From: a virus
Length of the DNA: 64,000 nucleotides
Strand: one strand, 5' to 3'
Virus record (IMG/VR): IMGVR_UViG_3300042923_001459
Coordinates: 44,592 to 108,591 of that record
Part shown: positions 58,742 through 64,000 of the stretch, piece by piece
How the letters are laid out: every line of letters begins with the position of its first letter
Numbering within the stretch: the first letter of the stretch is position 1
Made by a program: the position numbers and the translations under genes
The notes under the pieces: model-generated
What the model saw: the letters and a program-made list of their open reading frames with translations, nothing else
What the model was told of the DNA's origin: nothing
Databases searched by the model: none

Positions 58742-59146
58742 TTAGCTTTTGGAGAGAATAGCGATAGTGTGGAACACCCCATCACCGAACTCAAAGTCTA
58801 TCTTTACTACTGACGCAACTGAATAGCCTAACTCTTTAGAGATACTCTCTAGTTCATCTGTCATTGTAGCAATGAACTCAGCTCGTTTAAACGTCCCCGC
58901 TACTATTTTGCATGTAGCATCATCGACAGGATACCCAACGTGTTGTTCGAATAGAGATCTATCCATTACGCAATGGATTACAATGACATCGTTTTTTTCA
59001 TCTACCGCTGCACTACGGATAGTTTCAAGTAAATTGTCTTCAAAGAATTGAAACACACTTTCATCAACACTGATGTCATCGTTATTGATAACCAATAGGT
59101 TTGTGATCTTAGTTTCTTTTACCGCTCGTTTCATTAGTCTCTTCAT
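58742..59146 (-). CDS. Hypothetical protein with N-terminal MKRLMKRA motif
   Basis: Lacks cassette promoter; basic leader like the GNAT linkers. Confidence 0.7.
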   Translation of the reverse strand: MKRLMKRAVKETKITNLLVINNDDISVDESVFQFFEDNLLETIRSAAVDEKNDVIVIHCVMDRSLFEQHVGYPVDDATCKIVAGTFKRAEFIATMTDELESISKELGYSVASVVKIDFEFGDGVFHTIAILSKS

Positions 59147-59244
59147 GATGCACCTCCTTCTGCAGTTTAAATAACACGTATATATTTAATTATATTAACA
59201 GAAGGGATGAAAAAGACATAAAGAAAGGAGGCTTTTCAGCCTCC

Positions 59245-59679
59245 CTAGCTTGTCATAGCTACCATGACGATATAAGATTCAATATTTTCTAAGAATGCTA
59301 ATCCCTTCTTGAGGTTCTCCTCATATTGTTTAATCTTCTCTTCTGGTAGCATATTATATCGATGTCCAAGCGACCATTCAATATCCATGCAACCAAGCAT
59401 ATGACAATCATCATCCATAGAAGTATTGTGAGAGCCCCAAACGTTAATACCCCAGACTGTTTTACCTGCTCCCCACTCGCGAGGTTTTCTACCATGCCAG
59501 CCGCTCATATAAACATCTGGTGAACCAGGTTTGCTATAGCTCCATGTAGCTTCAGCTGAAGCTACTCCGGAATCGAGTTTGTAACCTTTATCTCTCATAA
59601 TCTTATGAGCTTTCTTTAAGAAATCTTCCGAAAGTAATGTAACTCTTGCCATTGAAGGGTGAATGTAACCTGTTCCCAT
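59245..59679 (-). CDS. Cassette hypothetical protein
   Basis: Own promoter + RBS. Confidence 0.75.
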   Translation of the reverse strand: MGTGYIHPSMARVTLLSEDFLKKAHKIMRDKGYKLDSGVASAEATWSYSKPGSPDVYMSGWHGRKPREWGAGKTVWGINVWGSHNTSMDDDCHMLGCMDIEWSLGHRYNMLPEEKIKQYEENLKKGLAFLENIESYIVMVAMTS

Positions 59680-59774
59680 TTATAATTCCTCCTTTGTGAT
59701 TACCTTATAGAATAATTATATCACATAACGTGGAATTTGTAAACTGTTTTTTAAACAACGCGCACGCGTAGGTC

Positions 59775-59803
59775 ACGTGTTTACCATAGTAAACTATATA
59801 GGC
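59775..59803. repeat. 29-bp direct repeat, copy 2
   Basis: Identical to 56437-56465. Confidence 0.85.
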
Positions 59804-59830
59804 AGCAGAAAAGAGAGGGTTATCCCTCTC

Positions 59831-60202
59831 TTATTGAATTGATCTTTGTAGTTCTTGCATGTTAATGTAAGCTTTAGCAGCCTTTTCAATTTGAATACTC
59901 ATTACATCGACTGCAGCTTTCACAATATCTTTTTTCAGCTTTTCAATATCATAATCTCCGTCTATTGGATTATCCGTCCATATGTAAATACTTGCCCATG
60001 CTCCGATACCAATAGAAGAAGAATGAGTTTTAATCTTTCCTAAGTCCCAAGTACTACAACCAACCTGCTGCAATTTACCGTTAGCATCTCTAAATTCAAC
60101 ATAATCCCCTTCACTATCCTTAATAACTCGACCGGTAAACTCTTCAACTTTCAAATGTTGTTTGGTATCGCTGATGTGAGCACTTATCTTTGTAATTTTC
60201 AT
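59831..60202 (-). CDS. Hypothetical protein
   Basis: Start MKITK after GGAGG. Confidence 0.7.
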   Translation of the reverse strand: MKITKISAHISDTKQHLKVEEFTGRVIKDSEGDYVEFRDANGKLQQVGCSTWDLGKIKTHSSSIGIGAWASIYIWTDNPIDGDYDIEKLKKDIVKAAVDVMSIQIEKAAKAYINMQELQRSIQ

Positions 60203-60203
60203 A

Positions 60204-60530
60204 TTATTCCTCCTCCTCTTCATCATCTTCTGAATCTCTTTCAATACCAAGAGCTAATTCTACTTCGTTGATAGCATCTTGAACTACTTCGCAGAAGATT
60301 TCTTCTGCCTCATAGTCTTCATCTGGTTCTCTTACATCTTTTCCAACCAGAGCTTCAAGTACTTTGTTAATGTTATCATCTGTAGCTTCAAGCTCTGTCT
60401 CAACGGAATATGAACCACCAACATATGTACCTCCTTCAAGTAGATATTTGATCTCTTCCACTGTGATAGCATATTCAAAAACGTACTTAAGTTTTTCACC
60501 ATCGCGTACAATTTTCGCCATATCATTCAT
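60204..60530 (-). CDS. Acidic cassette protein
   Basis: Own promoter; D/E rich. Confidence 0.7.
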   Translation of the reverse strand: MNDMAKIVRDGEKLKYVFEYAITVEEIKYLLEGGTYVGGSYSVETELEATDDNINKVLEALVGKDVREPDEDYEAEEIFCEVVQDAINEVELALGIERDSEDDEEEEE

Positions 60531-60717
60531 CCTCCAATGTTTTGATTACCTTATAAATATATTATATCACAGATTCTTCATTATGTAAACTGTTTTTTAA
60601 ACAAAAAAATGATGTCAATTTTCATACATCATCCGGATTTATGTTATATTAAATAATAATCTCTTTATCATCAGAGTTGACACTGAATCACCTACATGTA
60701 TGTTAATGTAAAATATA

Positions 60718-61389
60718 TCAATACAAGGATTCTTTAATCTCTGGTTTATCTTCTACTTTTCTAACTATAGCATTTCTTTCTCTAAAACTCTTCTCAGTGT
60801 TCTTTGCTTTCAGATCATCATACCAAATTTCAGATGGTAGTTCACGAATAGATAGGAGGTACTCTAAAATGCTCATAAACCATTCTTGCGATTTCTTTTT
60901 GTTATCTCCAAAGAAGAAAGCCTTTTGTTTCCCTTCCTCTGTCCATATTTCTACTGAATGCCCATCCTTCTCATTACAGTGTAGAATCCAAGATGTTTTG
61001 TCCTTCAACTTAACCTTATAGCAACGTGCTTCTCTACTATTTTCATGTGCTCCAAGTTTGAGATACAATCCATTTAGGTTTTCAAATTTATTAAACCAAA
61101 ACTTAAAATCAAAGGAATCAATTCCACCTGCTGTAAAGAGTGTAATATCAGGTAAGTTTGAAATATATAGAGTTCTGATATTTGTAAACTTAAACACATG
61201 ATGTAGATCCCATTTAACTTTATAGTTGTTTGAATGATTGTCATTCAGTGCAAAATTACCTTCCTTATTAAAGGAGATAGTATAAACACTCTCCCAATCT
61301 CCAACCTTTAATCTCTTACCCTTATCTAGTTGTAATGTTTTCTTGAGTTCATCTGAAAAAGCTTTCAATGTTCCATCCATTACCCTCAC
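60718..61389 (-). CDS. Hypothetical protein
   Basis: 223 aa ORF. Confidence 0.7.
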   Translation of the reverse strand: MRVMDGTLKAFSDELKKTLQLDKGKRLKVGDWESVYTISFNKEGNFALNDNHSNNYKVKWDLHHVFKFTNIRTLYISNLPDITLFTAGGIDSFDFKFWFNKFENLNGLYLKLGAHENSREARCYKVKLKDKTSWILHCNEKDGHSVEIWTEEGKQKAFFFGDNKKKSQEWFMSILEYLLSIRELPSEIWYDDLKAKNTEKSFRERNAIVRKVEDKPEIKESLY

Positions 61390-61468
61390 CCCACTTTAGC
61401 AGTTTATCCTGCTTTGAAAACAAAATAAAGGTGGGTGTGATACATTATTACATGCAAAAAGCTCAAGA

Positions 61469-62356
61469 TTAAACTTGAGCTCTCTTCTCAAATAACTGCT
61501 TAGAGATATCTAAAATTTCTTTTTTCTTATCAATTTGATCTACCCATTCTTTAGGGATAGCATCATATCCATAATGTAATCCAGCTAGTCCACCTGCAAT
61601 TGCTGCAGTTGTATCAGCATCTTCTCCAAGATTGACTAACATCAGAACTGCATCTTTGTATGTATCTGTTGTTAATAATGTTCTCAATACCCATTTGAAC
61701 GTATTAACAACAAATCCATCTGGTAATACGTTTGGATTTCTTGTTTCACATAGTTCATAACGAGTACCCTTAATTTTTTTGATGATTATTTCCTTTAAAT
61801 CCGCTCCATTAAGAACTTCAAATGCAATTTGATTGTAGATATCGCAAGCTTCAGATGCAAGGTGATCATAATGAGTCATTTCAGATTGAGCAATCGATAT
61901 ATCTGCAACATCAGTAGAGTATTTGTAAAACAATGCTACCGGTAAACATCTCATCAAAGAACCATTACCTGCACTCTTCTTGAGAAAATCGTGAGATGCT
62001 TTTGATGCTTTAAGCCATTCAACTTCCGTTGTTGGTTTCTTACTTAAGACAAGCTGTGTTGTAACACCGATGTCTTTTGGACCCGTTGCTGCCCATTGTT
62101 TGAAGTATTTTCCGATAGCTTCAATTGGTTGCATTGGATTTTCCAAGATACCACACGCTACCGCTAATGTCATTGCAGTATCGTCGGTTGTTTCTCCTGG
62201 TGCTACGTTCATCCAGCCACCACCAATCATTTCATCCACAATACCGTGTTCTTTAATGATTTCTTCTTCTGACATGAATTCAGTTGTTGCGCCTAATGCA
62301 TCTCCAACAGCTAATCCCATCAGACCTCCTTTGATTTTGTCTTCCATTAATCTCAC
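61469..62356 (-). CDS. ADP-ribosylglycohydrolase (DraG/ARH family)
   Basis: GLAVGDALG..EF, TTDDTAM, AGNGSLMR, MTH, DADTTAAIAG. Confidence 0.93.
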   Translation of the reverse strand: MRLMEDKIKGGLMGLAVGDALGATTEFMSEEEIIKEHGIVDEMIGGGWMNVAPGETTDDTAMTLAVACGILENPMQPIEAIGKYFKQWAATGPKDIGVTTQLVLSKKPTTEVEWLKASKASHDFLKKSAGNGSLMRCLPVALFYKYSTDVADISIAQSEMTHYDHLASEACDIYNQIAFEVLNGADLKEIIIKKIKGTRYELCETRNPNVLPDGFVVNTFKWVLRTLLTTDTYKDAVLMLVNLGEDADTTAAIAGGLAGLHYGYDAIPKEWVDQIDKKKEILDISKQLFEKRAQV

Positions 62357-62451
62357 TCCGTCCTTTTATTACTTGATATATTTATTATATCACACATTAT
62401 GACCTTTGTAAACTGTTTTTTTACAAGAAAAAAAGAGAGCTTTCGCTCTCC

Positions 62452-62820
62452 TTATGGACGATATGCTTTTGTAACTAATACTCTTAAAGCTTCTTTCATG
62501 AGACCTGTTAATTTTGATTCGTTCATGTCGAACGAAAATGGAATTTTAACCTTACCATATTCGATACTATGATGTCCAATTGAGATATAGTCACTATCCG
62601 AATAATCTTGGCCTAGTGTAATTTCATAATTATCAATTCTGATAATACTAAAGGTGAAAAATTTGATTTTGTCCTTGGGAAAAATCTCCAACAAATCTTT
62701 TTCAAAAGATTTAGCTACACCTTGCATAAACTCCTTAACTTCCCTTTCGCGGTCTAGTTTCGATTGACGAATGTTCGAAGCTAGTTTCTTACGTTCAATA
62801 ACATCTGCAAATGGATTCAT
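62452..62820 (-). CDS. Cassette hypothetical protein
   Basis: Own promoter + RBS. Confidence 0.7.
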   Translation of the reverse strand: MNPFADVIERKKLASNIRQSKLDREREVKEFMQGVAKSFEKDLLEIFPKDKIKFFTFSIIRIDNYEITLGQDYSDSDYISIGHHSIEYGKVKIPFSFDMNESKLTGLMKEALRVLVTKAYRP

Positions 62821-62900
62821 TTTAATTCCTCCAATGATTTAATTTGTATTACCTTATAGAATAATTATATCACAGATTACTGTTTTTGTAAACTGTTTTT

Positions 62901-63641
62901 TTAACATTCCGTTAATTCAACCATAGTTGTGATTTGAAGTTTATCTTCAAGAAATTCCATAAGTGCTTCAATTTGGCTAGCATATTCTTCTCTCTTCTCT
63001 CTATCATTGTTCATAAAGTCTGGTGTACGAATTTGATTAAGGAAATAAGAATCTATATCACTAACCTTTACCCAACTAGCAAGAATGCCGTTAGTGTGCC
63101 AATACTTCTTTGGACCTTTTCTAACATCTGGTAGACCAGAAAGTTTTATGTAGAGATATTCGCCAATGATCTTAGCATCAATATATTTTCTTTTCCAAGA
63201 CGACTTATACTCTTGTTCTTTCTTATGCATTAATTTGATAGCGTCCTTAATAACTGGCGGGTTAAGTATTTGAATTTTCTCTAACATAGAACGACTACAT
63301 TTCGTGGAGAGAGATTCAAGCACCTGTTCTCTTTCATCTTCAGTAAACGTACCCTCAATGAATTTAACAAGCATTTCATCTTTCTCAAGCTTTTCCTTCA
63401 TTTCCATGATAGCAATTTGAATAGCATGTTCTTCAGAGCCATAACGAGCATATTCACGGTGAGCATATGGACAACCTGAATCACAAGGTTTAAACATAAC
63501 ATCACAGCCACCAATAGAACAATAATAGATGCCGATGTCGGGTTTGGAGTTCATAGAAAAACCTTCATTCACTCGTACTTTTGTTTTATCTATATGTTTA
63601 GAATCAAGCTTGCTTCGTTCCGTCATCAAATACTTGTCCAT
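62901..63641 (-). CDS. Cassette hypothetical protein
   Basis: 246 aa, own promoter. Confidence 0.75.
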   Translation of the reverse strand: MDKYLMTERSKLDSKHIDKTKVRVNEGFSMNSKPDIGIYYCSIGGCDVMFKPCDSGCPYAHREYARYGSEEHAIQIAIMEMKEKLEKDEMLVKFIEGTFTEDEREQVLESLSTKCSRSMLEKIQILNPPVIKDAIKLMHKKEQEYKSSWKRKYIDAKIIGEYLYIKLSGLPDVRKGPKKYWHTNGILASWVKVSDIDSYFLNQIRTPDFMNNDREKREEYASQIEALMEFLEDKLQITTMVELTEC

Positions 63642-63715
63642 AAAAAAACCTCCAATGTGATTAATTACCTTATAAGATAATTATATCACGTATTGGAGGT
63701 TTTGTAAACTGTTTT

Positions 63716-64000
63716 TTATCTTATTTTGAAAGGTTCAATGTTTAATCCAAGTTCTGCAATAATTTCATTTCTGCGTAATTTGTTATCATCCATAATGGGC
63801 GTATCAACGTATTCACGATATTTACGTGCCCATGTAACCCAAATTGGAAGAGTAAGCAAAATTGATTTCAATGTTTGATTACCGTCACCAGGCTTACTGC
63901 GCATTGCCACAGCCATGGTAGCTATTGATTCCTCTACCTCAAGATCAAAAGTAGACTGAACAAAGGCTATACAGTTTTCTTCACTTGGTTCTTGTTCAAC
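63716..64000 (-). CDS. Hypothetical protein, 5' end outside window
   Basis: Frame stays open to the window edge (VEQEPSEENCIAF...MAVAMR). Confidence 0.6.
   Translation of the reverse strand, partial: VEQEPSEENCIAFVQSTFDLEVEESIATMAVAMRSKPGDGNQTLKSILLTLPIWVTWARKYREYVDTPIMDDNKLRRNEIIAELGLNIEPFKIR

Larger units (their letters stand above)
29236..63716 (-). repeat. Array of about 65 near-identical promoter/leader/RBS elements, one per 1-3 small genes
   Basis: Plus-strand consensus (cctcc..)TTACCTTATAGA(T/A)TAATTATATCAC-N~13-TGTAAACTGTTTTTT, e.g. ~29657, 30030, 30540, 30970 ... 62849, 63666. Confidence 0.95.

Noticed and set aside
517-63134. Plus-strand ORFs of the six-frame track (e.g. 36254..36718, 44807..45349, 56372..56986)
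   Set aside because: Antisense shadows of well-supported minus-strand genes, lacking RBSs; several just translate the promoter repeat (LPYRLIISQ)
29236-63716. Cassette repeats as a CRISPR array
   Set aside because: Repeats are separated by 100-1000+ bp of coding sequence, match sigma-A promoter plus RBS, and no cas genes are present
1-64000. tRNA/rRNA genes, introns, inteins, integrase or transposase
   Set aside because: No T-loop/cloverleaf signature or relevant motifs seen by eye; terminase is uninterrupted; tRNAscan-SE and HMM searches would confirm

Overview
Fragment of a large AT-rich tailed-phage genome, probably a jumbo myovirus of a Bacillus/Paenibacillus-type host (sigma-A promoters, AGGAGG RBSs, Bacillus-like NAD kinase, YodL and IDEAL domains). 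Essentially all real genes are on the minus strand. (1) 1-14.5 kb: conserved/metabolic genes: M16 peptidase, HAD nucleotidase, SAM decarboxylase, subtilisin, large terminase, dTMP kinase, MmcB-like nuclease, 5'-3' exonuclease, NAD kinase, 3D-domain protein, ClpX-type Zn finger, XRE HTH. (2) 14.6-19.8 kb: three genes with ten tandem GNAT-like domains joined by basic 'RL(K/R)K-x-A' linkers. (3) 19.9-21.2 kb: largely non-coding, rich in (AT)CTATAG palindromes. (4) 22-29 kb: about 18 small divergent genes, about half of them C4 Zn fingers, sharing one short helical motif. (5) 29.2-63.7 kb: about 65 (manual count) self-contained cassettes, each with a near-identical strong promoter, conserved leader, RBS, short ORF and often a terminator. 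This early/host-takeover region includes five Rho-N-like + NusG-KOW-like paralogs, a 2H phosphoesterase, an ADP-ribosylglycohydrolase, acidic proteins, a second palindromic repeat family and a candidate structured RNA. No tRNA, rRNA, CRISPR array or integrase was seen. All functional calls come from reading motifs by eye, without database searches.
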